Assembly: GCA_964583185.1 (NCBI GenBank)
Contig: CAZOVL010000002.1
Location: 10,504 to 74,503 of the forward strand
DNA from: an uncultured Bacteroides sp.
GTDB taxonomy: Bacteria > Bacteroidota > Bacteroidia > Bacteroidales > Bacteroidaceae
Direction: 5' to 3'
Length of the DNA: 64,000 nt
Of the stretch, positions 56,401 to 64,000 are shown piece by piece. The stretch's first letter is position 1, and the number at the start of each line of letters is the position of its first letter. The notes beneath the pieces were generated by a model. The model saw only the letters and a list, made by a program, of their open reading frames with translations. It was not told the origin of the DNA and searched no databases. A program made the translations under genes and the position numbers.

Positions 56401-59400
56401 TTAAAATTCTGCTTTTATACTAAAACCAATATTTCTTGTGCTAGGTTGCATAAAGAAATCAATTCCTTGATAGAATGTTCCTGTACTTCCTGTTAATTCA
56501 GGATCAAATGGAGCATCTTTATAAATTAACCACAAGTTACTAGCAACAAATGAAAGATTAAGTTTTAATTTATCTCTAAATACTTTTTGAGGAATCGTAT
56601 ATCCAATACTTATTTCTTGTAATCTAACATTATCTCCTTTATAAACATAATCAGATAAAAGCCCATCTCTTGATCCTGTTGCAGTATAGTAATCTTCCGG
56701 ATTAAAAACAACATCATCTACTACAACAGCACCTCTATCTCTAGCAATGGCAGTTTTCTTAGTTACTCCAAATCCGTCTAATATTGCTTCTGTTGGAGAC
56801 ATAACAACACCACCTAGACGAGCAGAAATCATAAAACCGAAATTGAAATCTTTCCATAAGAAAGAATTACGGAAACCTAAATTCCATTTAGGAAGTACTG
56901 AGCCAACATATTTTTCAGTATTCTCTAACGCAGGCATTTTTTCTGTTGGATCTAATACTAAATTCCCTTTTTCATCTTTAGCAATTTGTTGTGTAACATA
57001 AAGATCTCCCATTGAACCACCTTCTTTAAGTTTATAGGTAGAGGCTCCTACAGCTTCTCTTTTCCCATTAAACATTTTACCTACAGGTATTTTATCACCA
57101 TCTACATCAACAGTGGCATTTTTATCAATTAGTTTTAATATTTTGTTATTATTAAATCCAGCTGTAACATCACCAATCCATCTTACTTTTCCTATTTTCA
57201 GATCTGTCCCCAATGCTAACTCTACACCTTGATTTCTAACATCACCAGCTTGTACATACATCTTAGTATATAATGATGTAGCAGAAATATCTAAGGTTAA
57301 TGTTTGATTTATAGTATTGGAATGATAGTAGGTTAAATCAAAATTCAATTTGTTCTCAAAGAATTTTGCAGAAACACCAAACTCCCATGAATTGGTTTTT
57401 TCCGGCTTCATATCTGAAAGAGGCAAGAAAGTATTGGAGTTAAAACTGCGGAAATCCTTATTATATTGATAAGTAGGTATAGATAAATTTCTTGGAATGG
57501 GTGAACCCACTGAAGAATATGAGCCTTTTAACTGTAAATAGGATATTTGCTTTGGAAGTTTTACTGCTTCCGAAAGAAGGAAAGATAATCCAACAGAAGG
57601 ATAGAAAAATGATGAGTTTATTGTTTTAGCCAACTGGGAAGCCCAATCATTACGTCCTGTCAAAGTTAAATAAAGCATATGTTTGTACCCTACTTCTAAA
57701 CTAGCAAAAACAGATTGTTCTTGTGTATGCCAACCATTATGTATAGGATAGGTTTTAGAAGAGGTCATATCTAAATTACTTAATGCAAAATAATTAGGTA
57801 TAACTAGAGGTCCTTCCATTCCTTTGGAAATATTTTTAATATCTGAAATACTAGCACCAACAATAGGATTAACAGAAAAATCACCCCAAGTTTTATTTAT
57901 ATTTAGCATAATATCGGCATAGGTCTGCTTATCATCATCGATAAGATTTTTATATTTCCCTGCTTTAGGATTATCACTAAATTTAGAGTGTGTACTAGCA
58001 TGAAACTTGCTTTCTTGTTCTCCTTTAGAATTATCAATACGAACACGTCCGGCTACACTTATCCAATCTGCTATATCATACTTCAAACTTACATTCATCA
58101 TATAGCGATTTCGATCTGTTTTTCTTGGCATTCTATGTAATAGCCAATAAGGATTTTGAGAATCTAAAACTTCATATTCTTTTGGCCAATTCTGAATATT
58201 ATAACCTTTAGATTCATTAAAACTTTCATAGTTGTCCTTATAATCCAATAGGTCTCGTCCAACAGGAAATGAATAGATTACAGGAATAGGATTGAAATAT
58301 AATCCTTGTCCAATCATGTTTCTATCGGATTGCTTGATGTAACTGAAACCAAAATCAAGAGTCATCTTATCATTAAGAAAACGAGTAGTATTACGCAAAG
58401 TTAAATTACTCTTCTTATAATCATTTGTTGGAATAATTCCTTCAGAATAAGAATGAGAAACAGAAGCATAAGTTTGGTTCTTCTCATTACCAACAGAAAG
58501 ACTTGCTGACGTTTGATTTACTAAACCAGTTTCAAAGAAGTCCATTCTATCGTTTTTTACACCTACTGTTTCCGGTCCCCAGCTTCTATACTGATGTTCA
58601 GATGCAGCATATTTGTTTTGAAACTCATAGTATGATATCGGCTTTGAAAAAGTCAATTGATTAGATACAGTTACTTTAGGCTTTCCTACAATCCCCTTTT
58701 TTGTTGTGATTACAATTACTCCATTAGCAGCACTTGAACCATAAAGAGCAGCAGCGGACGGACCAGTTAACACAGACATACTTTCTATGTCATCGGGATT
58801 CAAGTCTGAAATCCCTTCACCTCTTGGTTGGTCTGCATACATATAGTTTTCATCAATTGCACCACCACTAACATTAAACATTGGCATACCATCAATAACA
58901 TAAAGAGCATTATTATCCTTTGTTATAGATTTTACACCACGCATCACAACTCTGGAAGCCCCACCAGCACCTGCTGAAGCATTTATTGTAACGCCAGCCA
59001 CTTTACCCGCTAATGAGTTCACAAAGTTTACATCTTTAACAGTTGTTAGTTCGTCATTGTTAATTTGCTGAACATTATAACTTAATGCTTTTTCAGCTCT
59101 TTTAATTCCCAAGGCAGTAACAACAACGGTTTCCAATTGCTTGGAATCAACATTCATCGTTACATCTATTACCGTTTTATTTCCAACTGTTATTTCTTGA
59201 GACTGATAACCTAAATAAGAAAAAACAAGTACATCGTTATCACTAACTGATAGTAAAAAATCACCATTAATACCTGTAACTCCTCCTGTACTAGATCCTT
59301 TTAGCATAACTGTTGCACCAATGATAGGATCTCCCACCTCATCAATTACAACACCTTTAACTTGTTTCTTTACAGGTATTTGTTTCTTCTTAATGGGTAC

Positions 59401-59706
59401 AATCATTATTTGATCGTCCTCAATCTCATAAGAAAACTCTGTGCCTTCTAGAATCAGATCTAAAACACTTTCTACAGATTGATTAGAAACATTTAATTCA
59501 ATTTCTTCTGAACTGTTTAGCTTGGATTGATTATAAGCTACAGATTTTTTAGATTGCTTTTCTACTTCCCTTAGGGCTTCTTTTATTGTTATTTTCCCAT
59601 TAATCGATATTCTCACATCGTTATTCTGAGCCTGAGATACTCCAAAAAAAAGCGTAAAAATGAGCATTAATAGTTTAATACGTAAACTAATACGATAAAA
59701 TTTCAT
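56401..59706 (-). CDS. susC: SusC/RagA-family TonB-dependent transporter with an N-terminal STN signalling domain
   Basis: Signal peptide, STN-like domain (ISINGKITIKEALREVEKQSK..FSYEIEDDQIMIVP), carboxypeptidase-regulatory-like domain (VKGVVIDEVGDPIIGATVMLKG), TonB box ETVVVTALG, barrel ending ..SIKAEF. 1101 aa. Confidence 0.9.
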   Translation of the reverse strand: MKFYRISLRIKLLMLIFTLFFGVSQAQNNDVRISINGKITIKEALREVEKQSKKSVAYNQSKLNSSEEIELNVSNQSVESVLDLILEGTEFSYEIEDDQIMIVPIKKKQIPVKKQVKGVVIDEVGDPIIGATVMLKGSSTGGVTGINGDFLLSVSDNDVLVFSYLGYQSQEITVGNKTVIDVTMNVDSKQLETVVVTALGIKRAEKALSYNVQQINNDELTTVKDVNFVNSLAGKVAGVTINASAGAGGASRVVMRGVKSITKDNNALYVIDGMPMFNVSGGAIDENYMYADQPRGEGISDLNPDDIESMSVLTGPSAAALYGSSAANGVIVITTKKGIVGKPKVTVSNQLTFSKPISYYEFQNKYAASEHQYRSWGPETVGVKNDRMDFFETGLVNQTSASLSVGNEKNQTYASVSHSYSEGIIPTNDYKKSNLTLRNTTRFLNDKMTLDFGFSYIKQSDRNMIGQGLYFNPIPVIYSFPVGRDLLDYKDNYESFNESKGYNIQNWPKEYEVLDSQNPYWLLHRMPRKTDRNRYMMNVSLKYDIADWISVAGRVRIDNSKGEQESKFHASTHSKFSDNPKAGKYKNLIDDDKQTYADIMLNINKTWGDFSVNPIVGASISDIKNISKGMEGPLVIPNYFALSNLDMTSSKTYPIHNGWHTQEQSVFASLEVGYKHMLYLTLTGRNDWASQLAKTINSSFFYPSVGLSFLLSEAVKLPKQISYLQLKGSYSSVGSPIPRNLSIPTYQYNKDFRSFNSNTFLPLSDMKPEKTNSWEFGVSAKFFENKLNFDLTYYHSNTINQTLTLDISATSLYTKMYVQAGDVRNQGVELALGTDLKIGKVRWIGDVTAGFNNNKILKLIDKNATVDVDGDKIPVGKMFNGKREAVGASTYKLKEGGSMGDLYVTQQIAKDEKGNLVLDPTEKMPALENTEKYVGSVLPKWNLGFRNSFLWKDFNFGFMISARLGGVVMSPTEAILDGFGVTKKTAIARDRGAVVVDDVVFNPEDYYTATGSRDGLLSDYVYKGDNVRLQEISIGYTIPQKVFRDKLKLNLSFVASNLWLIYKDAPFDPELTGSTGTFYQGIDFFMQPSTRNIGFSIKAEF

Positions 59707-59871
59707 AGATTTTACATTTAAAATTAATATACACTAGAATAGAATTTAATTATACACCTGACCTTGATTTAGTGTAGTAGACAAGCCAAGTGTTGAGTTT
59801 ATTTGAGTCAACTCACACTCATTGATTTTTTTATATCTTATTCATTTATTAAAAATTTGTTGCAATTAGTG

Positions 59872-60840
59872 TTAGTATATATAGCAAATATCTTCTACTA
59901 ATTTGTATTTAAAATCATCCATAACATTTTCCATAACCTCAAGTACTTTAGATAAAGGAGCATCTTTTTGGAACCTAAAATTATATACGTCTGTATTTGT
60001 TGAGTTGTTATGAAAAATCACTCCATACTTCCGTTCTAAAACTTTGACAATCTCTTTAATTGTTGTCCCCTGGAATACCAGTTCACCTCGTTGCCAGGCA
60101 GTTACATCTTCTAAAATCACTTTTTCTATTGAATGAGTAGAGGTTTCTTTATTAAAAACAAACTGATCTTCAACAGACAAGAGATATTCTGTTTCCTCTT
60201 CTGTGTTTTTTATTTTTATACTTCCCTCAATAAGTGTTGTTTTATAGAAGTCATCATCAGGATATGATGAAACATTAAACTCTGTTCCAATTGCTGTTAC
60301 AGCAAAATTCTTAGACTTCACTATAAAGGGAACCTTTTCATCTTTCACAACTTGGAAATTTGCTTCTCCTGATAAATAAATCGTTCTGTTTTTACGACCA
60401 AAATCTTCAGGATAAACCAATATAGAGGAAGAGTTTGTTTCAACAATACTACCATCAGGGAGTTTAATCGTATTCACCTTACCCACTTGAGAATAATTCT
60501 CTATATAATTTACTTCTGACTCGTATTGGTTTGTAACAATATAAATGGAAGTTATAAACACCAAAGCTAATACAGCTGCAACGGCAGATAAAACTCCGAG
60601 GTTGAATTTTCTCTGTTTTATACGCTTTTGAGGTTTGATGTGTGATTTAAAAGAAGATAAAGCTTTTACACTCTCATTTTGAGAAATTTCATTGGGCTCA
60701 TTCCACAAATGAAACAAGGCTTCTTCTTTTTCTTGAGTTTGCTCATCGTTAATTAACCACTCATGAAAATCATCTATATTAGTTGCAGACTTTCGGGTAG
60801 CTTTGAATAAGTCTAATATTTTATTTATGTATCGATTCAT
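59872..60840 (-). CDS. FecR-family anti-sigma factor
   Basis: Cytoplasmic N-domain, single TM (LGVLSAVAAVLALVFITSIYIV), periplasmic FecR/DUF4974-like domain. Lies between the ECF sigma and susC genes. Confidence 0.85.
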   Translation of the reverse strand: MNRYINKILDLFKATRKSATNIDDFHEWLINDEQTQEKEEALFHLWNEPNEISQNESVKALSSFKSHIKPQKRIKQRKFNLGVLSAVAAVLALVFITSIYIVTNQYESEVNYIENYSQVGKVNTIKLPDGSIVETNSSSILVYPEDFGRKNRTIYLSGEANFQVVKDEKVPFIVKSKNFAVTAIGTEFNVSSYPDDDFYKTTLIEGSIKIKNTEEETEYLLSVEDQFVFNKETSTHSIEKVILEDVTAWQRGELVFQGTTIKEIVKVLERKYGVIFHNNSTNTDVYNFRFQKDAPLSKVLEVMENVMDDFKYKLVEDICYIY

Positions 60841-60903
60841 TTCTTGTTATATATAAACTGCCTATGCATATATATAAACAACTTAGTCAATCTACTTACT
60901 CAA

Positions 60904-61407
60904 TCAAAAAACCAAAAAAAACAACATTTTTTTCAATTCACTCAAAGCCAAGTAAATATGACGTTCTACAGTTCGGGTAGAAAGGTTCATTATTTCAGAT
61001 ATTTCCGGATTACTTTTACCCTCGAACCGACTCATTTTAAAAATCTTTTTTCTTTGCTCAGGCATTTTCTCTATAGCATTCATTATTGCTAATTCTAATT
61101 CCTTTGCATATAGTTCTTTTTCTAAGCCAAAATCATCAACAAGCATATTCTTTTGAAATATGTTTTCTTGATATTTTCGTTCAACTGCTTTTCGTTTCAA
61201 AAGATTAAAAATATGATTTCTTGTGATAGTATATAGAAAAGTAGTATGTTCCTTTTTGTCATCCCATACCTCGGGCATATCCAATAATTTCATAAAAACA
61301 TCTTGTGCTACATCCTCTGCCTCATATTCTGACATAAGAATACGTATTGCAAAAGATTTTACTTTGGGATAATTTTTTATAAAAAACTCATCAAACTTCC
61401 GATTCAT
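60904..61407 (-). CDS. ECF-type RNA polymerase sigma-70 factor
   Basis: Region 2 (EAEDVAQDVFMKL) and region 4 HTH (EISEIMNLSTRTVERHIYLA). 167 aa. Confidence 0.9.
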   Translation of the reverse strand: MNRKFDEFFIKNYPKVKSFAIRILMSEYEAEDVAQDVFMKLLDMPEVWDDKKEHTTFLYTITRNHIFNLLKRKAVERKYQENIFQKNMLVDDFGLEKELYAKELELAIMNAIEKMPEQRKKIFKMSRFEGKSNPEISEIMNLSTRTVERHIYLALSELKKMLFFLVF

Positions 61408-61441
61408 AACTTATGGAGATTAAATAAATCCAACAACATCT

Positions 61442-61449
61442 CAAAAATA
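61442..61449 (-). promoter_or_regulatory. -7 box (TATTTTTG on the minus strand)
   Basis: caaaaata on the plus strand, 35 bp upstream of the sigma-factor start at 61407. Confidence 0.4.
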
Positions 61450-61535
61450 CTTAAAAGCCACATTAAACAAAAAAAACTACAGGAATACTTCCTATAGAAA
61501 CAAAGCTTCTAAAAATTCAAAGTTAGAGAGTAAAA

Positions 61536-62216
61536 CTAAACCACTATTCTGTTTTCACGATAGATACAATTATAATATACCACAATCAACAATCCGGGGA
61601 TAACTATAGAAACCAATCCATAGATACTACTTAAAATAGCACCCAATAGACAACCAATAAGAAAACCCAAAATCAAGACTAATGTTTGTTTAAAGGCTAT
61701 CTTATTCTTTTGAGTTTTATCTGAGGAAAAATAACCATTATAGAATTCTAATGTTGCTTTAGTCACATTTCCAGTCATTACGGTAGCAGGACCAAACGTA
61801 GATTTCGGGCACAATTTATTTGCAGCATTTAATATACCCATGGAAAAAACAATACTCATAGTTATAAATATGTGCAATGAAGGTACCACGATTATTCCCA
61901 TTGCACCTAGTAAAGAAATTAATGCAGAGAAGCACAGAATAAATCCGGCAAACAATAGCATACTATGTTCGTTGTGATATTTTCTATTATAAATTCCTGT
62001 AAAATAGACAGCAAGTATAAACACAGGAAAAGTCAACAGGCTAATAAAATCATCGAGTTTCAATCCTTGAGACATTTTATAAGCAAAAACCACGAAGTTC
62101 CCTGTAACATGGGCAGAAAAAACTTGTCCCGCTGAAACAAAGGTTGCTGTATCAGAAAATCCGGCAGAAAAAGATAAAACCGCACTGGACATCATCCTTA
62201 TACTTAATTTACTCAT
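61536..62216 (-). CDS. YoaK/DUF1275-family membrane protein
   Basis: Six hydrophobic helices and the block GFSDTATFVSAGQVFSAHVTGNFVVFA, typical of DUF1275. Confidence 0.7.
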   Translation of the reverse strand: MSKLSIRMMSSAVLSFSAGFSDTATFVSAGQVFSAHVTGNFVVFAYKMSQGLKLDDFISLLTFPVFILAVYFTGIYNRKYHNEHSMLLFAGFILCFSALISLLGAMGIIVVPSLHIFITMSIVFSMGILNAANKLCPKSTFGPATVMTGNVTKATLEFYNGYFSSDKTQKNKIAFKQTLVLILGFLIGCLLGAILSSIYGLVSIVIPGLLIVVYYNCIYRENRIVV

Positions 62217-62240
62217 TGGTTCTTTTGATTAAAAATATAA

Positions 62241-62268
62241 AAAGAGAACCTATTAGTAGATTCTCTTT
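62241..62268 (-). terminator. Hairpin directly downstream of the tRNA
   Basis: 8-bp stem aaagagaa (62241-62248) / ttctcttt (62261-62268). On the minus strand it is followed by tatattttt. Confidence 0.45.
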
Positions 62269-62271
62269 TTG

Positions 62272-62345
62272 TAGCGGGACCGAGACTTGAACTCGGGACC
62301 TCATGATTATGAATCATGCGCTCTAACCTGCTGAGCTATCCCGCC
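62272..62345 (-). tRNA. tRNA with anticodon CAT (elongator Met, or Ile2 if lysidine-modified)
   Basis: The reverse complement GGCGGGATAGCTCAGCAGGTTAGAGCGCATGATTCATAATCATGAGGTCCCGAGTTCAAGTCTCGGTCCCGCTA folds as a 74-nt cloverleaf. Anticodon loop is TTCATAA. There is no GGG:CCC initiator stem and CCA is not encoded. Confidence 0.9.
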
Positions 62346-62368
62346 ATTATTATTTATGTTTGCGGTTG

Positions 62369-62399
62369 CAAAGATAAATCAAAACATCATATATACAAA
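62369..62399 (-). promoter_or_regulatory. Full Bacteroides-type promoter (TTTG-N19-TATCTTTG) for the tRNA
   Basis: Plus-strand caaagata at 62369-62376 and caaa at 62396-62399, with a 19-nt spacer. The -7 box lies 24 nt upstream of the tRNA 5' end. Confidence 0.55.
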
Positions 62400-62618
62400 A
62401 GAAATAATAAAAATCTTTTGATTTGTTTCTTTGCCACTTTTACAAGACCTAATAATGGAAAACACTACCAATAAAAATAATGAGAGAAACCATTCAAAAT
62501 AAAGAAATAGCCATAAGAAAAGAACAACTTTTTTTATAGCTATGAGTAAACCAACAGCTCTTAACTACTGTTATAATAAAATAATTGCTTAAAAGGAAAG
62601 CTATTGATTTTTAATTTG

Positions 62619-62626
62619 TATTTTTG
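62619..62626 (+). promoter_or_regulatory. -7 box TATTTTTG
   Basis: Matches TAnnTTTG, 35 bp upstream of the ATG at 62661. Confidence 0.4.
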
Positions 62627-62660
62627 ATTTTATAGCTTATAATTTTAATATAATCTATTT

Positions 62661-64000
62661 ATGATAAAAAGAATTTATACAAACATACTTTTACTTTTCC
62701 TCTGCTGTTCATTCAATTTTCTATATGCACAAACAAGTAAAGAAGCTCGTTCTTTATTTAATGAGGGTAAATTTATTGAAGCTAAGGAAGCTTATCAACA
62801 TTTACTATCCAAAGCACCTAACCAATCTGAATACAACTACTTTTTTGGTCGGGCTTCTATGGAATTAAAAGATTTCCCTGCAGCCATAATACCTTTATCA
62901 AAAGCTTCTAGAAACAATTATCAAAATTCCGCGTTATACCTAGCTTGGGCTTACAACCAAAACTATCAATATGAGAAAGCTATTGAGACTTTGGATAAGT
63001 ATATAGCCTTGCAAAAAAGAAGAAGAAAAAGCACAGAAGAGGCTGAGAACATGTTGACAGAAGTACGCAAAAACTTTAGAATGCTTAAGGGTGTGGAAAA
63101 AGTATGCGTCATAGATAGTTTCATTGTGGATAAAAATAATTTTTTAGCTAGCTATAGAATCAGTAAAGAATCAGGCTCCATATACAACTTTGTGGAATAC
63201 TTTAAACTACCTCTGGATACAACACATACAGGAACTGTTTATGAATCGGAACGGGGCAATAAGATTTATTATGGAGATAAAGATGATGCCGGTGTTTTTA
63301 ATATATACACTCGTAATCGCTTATTGGACGAATGGAGTAGTCCAAAAAAACTTCCGGAAACCATAAATGATTCGGTAGATACGAACTATCCCTTTATGTC
63401 TACTGATGGCATCACCTTTTATTTTGCATCCAAAGGCGAGGGATCAATGGGAGAATATGACATTTTTATTACACGATATAACACACATACTGATGGTTAT
63501 TTACGCCCTGAAAACGTAGGAATGCCTTTTAATTCACCTTACAATGATTATATGTATGTGATTGATGAATTTAATAATTTGGGATGGTTTGTTTCAGATC
63601 GTTTCCAACCTGAAGATAAAGTTTGTATTTATGTTTTCTTACCCAATAAATCCAAACAAATCTATAATTTTGAAACCATGGATTCTGAGGAATTAATTCA
63701 AATCGCTCAATTAAAAGATATTCGAAAAACCTGGGTGGATGAAGTGCTTGTTAAAGAGGGATTGGAACGTCTGGCTCTAGTGATTCATCACAATCCCCAA
63801 GAAACAAAAAAGACAGACTTCACGTTTATCATCAATGATAAGTTAACTTATCATTTTCTCTCAGATTTCAAATCGGATGAAGCTAAAGTATTTTTTCAAA
63901 AAAAACAACAGTTTACAGAAGAGTTAATCCAACAAGAAAAACGTTTGGAATCAATGCGAGAGCAGTTTCATAATGGAACACAAGCTGTAAAAGATCAAAT
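62661..64000 (+). CDS. Secreted TPR plus TolB-like (PD40 beta-propeller repeat) protein, 3' end outside the window
   Basis: ATG at 62661 with the frame open to the window edge (absent from the track because it is truncated). Signal peptide ..FNFLYAQ, TPR-like helices, PD40-like block NYPFMSTDGITFYFASKGEGSMGEYDIFI. Confidence 0.7.
   Translation, partial: MIKRIYTNILLLFLCCSFNFLYAQTSKEARSLFNEGKFIEAKEAYQHLLSKAPNQSEYNYFFGRASMELKDFPAAIIPLSKASRNNYQNSALYLAWAYNQNYQYEKAIETLDKYIALQKRRRKSTEEAENMLTEVRKNFRMLKGVEKVCVIDSFIVDKNNFLASYRISKESGSIYNFVEYFKLPLDTTHTGTVYESERGNKIYYGDKDDAGVFNIYTRNRLLDEWSSPKKLPETINDSVDTNYPFMSTDGITFYFASKGEGSMGEYDIFITRYNTHTDGYLRPENVGMPFNSPYNDYMYVIDEFNNLGWFVSDRFQPEDKVCIYVFLPNKSKQIYNFETMDSEELIQIAQLKDIRKTWVDEVLVKEGLERLALVIHHNPQETKKTDFTFIINDKLTYHFLSDFKSDEAKVFFQKKQQFTEELIQQEKRLESMREQFHNGTQAVKDQ

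Noticed and set aside
36342-61092. Nested or antisense ORFs 36342..36566, 36521..36775, 37943..38209, 39654..39836, 40512..40727, 41024..41257, 42447..42629, 46544..46855, 46938..47129, 47286..47495, 47740..47946, 50099..50281, 50230..50442, 51375..51569, 51562..51759, 53615..53821, 56747..57001 and 60844..61092
   Set aside because: Same reasoning: these are shadow ORFs inside larger motif-supported genes. Several only exist because AT-rich antisense frames lack stops.
61536-62660. Integrative or mobile element inserted at the tRNA gene
   Set aside because: There is no integrase, excisionase or transposase ORF on either side of the tRNA. I could see no direct repeat of the tRNA 3' half nearby.

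Overview
Low-GC Bacteroidota chromosomal segment. Diagnostic features are a fused lpxC-fabZ, a SusC/SusD pair under an ECF sigma/anti-sigma pair, a GldB-like lipoprotein, and recurrent Bacteroides-type TAnnTTTG -7 boxes. I call about 54 protein genes and one tRNA(CAU); there are no rRNA genes, CRISPR arrays, transposases or integrases. Positions 1 to 47.7 kb are mostly housekeeping: EamA permease, TPM/LemA pair, purM-like, prfA, pyrF, an HD phosphohydrolase, lpxD/lpxC-fabZ/lpxA, miaA, a PatB-type lyase, a Cof phosphatase, a Pif1-TPR helicase, AsmA, tsaC, nagB, a flavodiiron protein, a TIGR01212 radical SAM protein, DPP-IV, lipA, fabI-gldB-rsmI-like, DUF4861 plus GH43, yigZ, DUF1015, an aspartate aminotransferase, ribBA and LptF/G. 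This part also holds a LacI-controlled polyol operon (GPH transporter, sorbitol dehydrogenase, fructokinase, porin-like protein). The accessory-looking part is 47.7 to 61.4 kb. It contains a self-contained three-gene operon of lipoproteins with acidic residues after the lipidated Cys (possible surface export): an Ig-repeat protein, a tandem lipocalin-like protein and a C11 clostripain-type protease, ending in its own terminator. It also contains a long purine-rich non-coding region, a small orphan beta-barrel gene, and a minimal N-glycan-type PUL (ECF sigma, FecR anti-sigma, STN-SusC, SusD, DUF1735-GH18). The GH18 reading frame is broken about 70 codons before its apparent true end. Outside genes, three intergenic loci carry phased arrays of a 22-bp unit built around the hairpin TCGGTC-(TAG or CTA)-GACCGA. 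Between otherwise identical units only the hairpin apex is inverted. My best candidates for undescribed biology are the C11 protease / lipocalin / Ig-lipoprotein operon next to the PUL and this 22-bp repeat family. Secondary candidates are a membrane-anchored degenerate Nudix protein, a TPM protein with a cytoplasmic zinc ribbon and RGG-like tail, and a fused SASA-CE4 double esterase. All functional calls come from motif recognition by eye; no database search was run.
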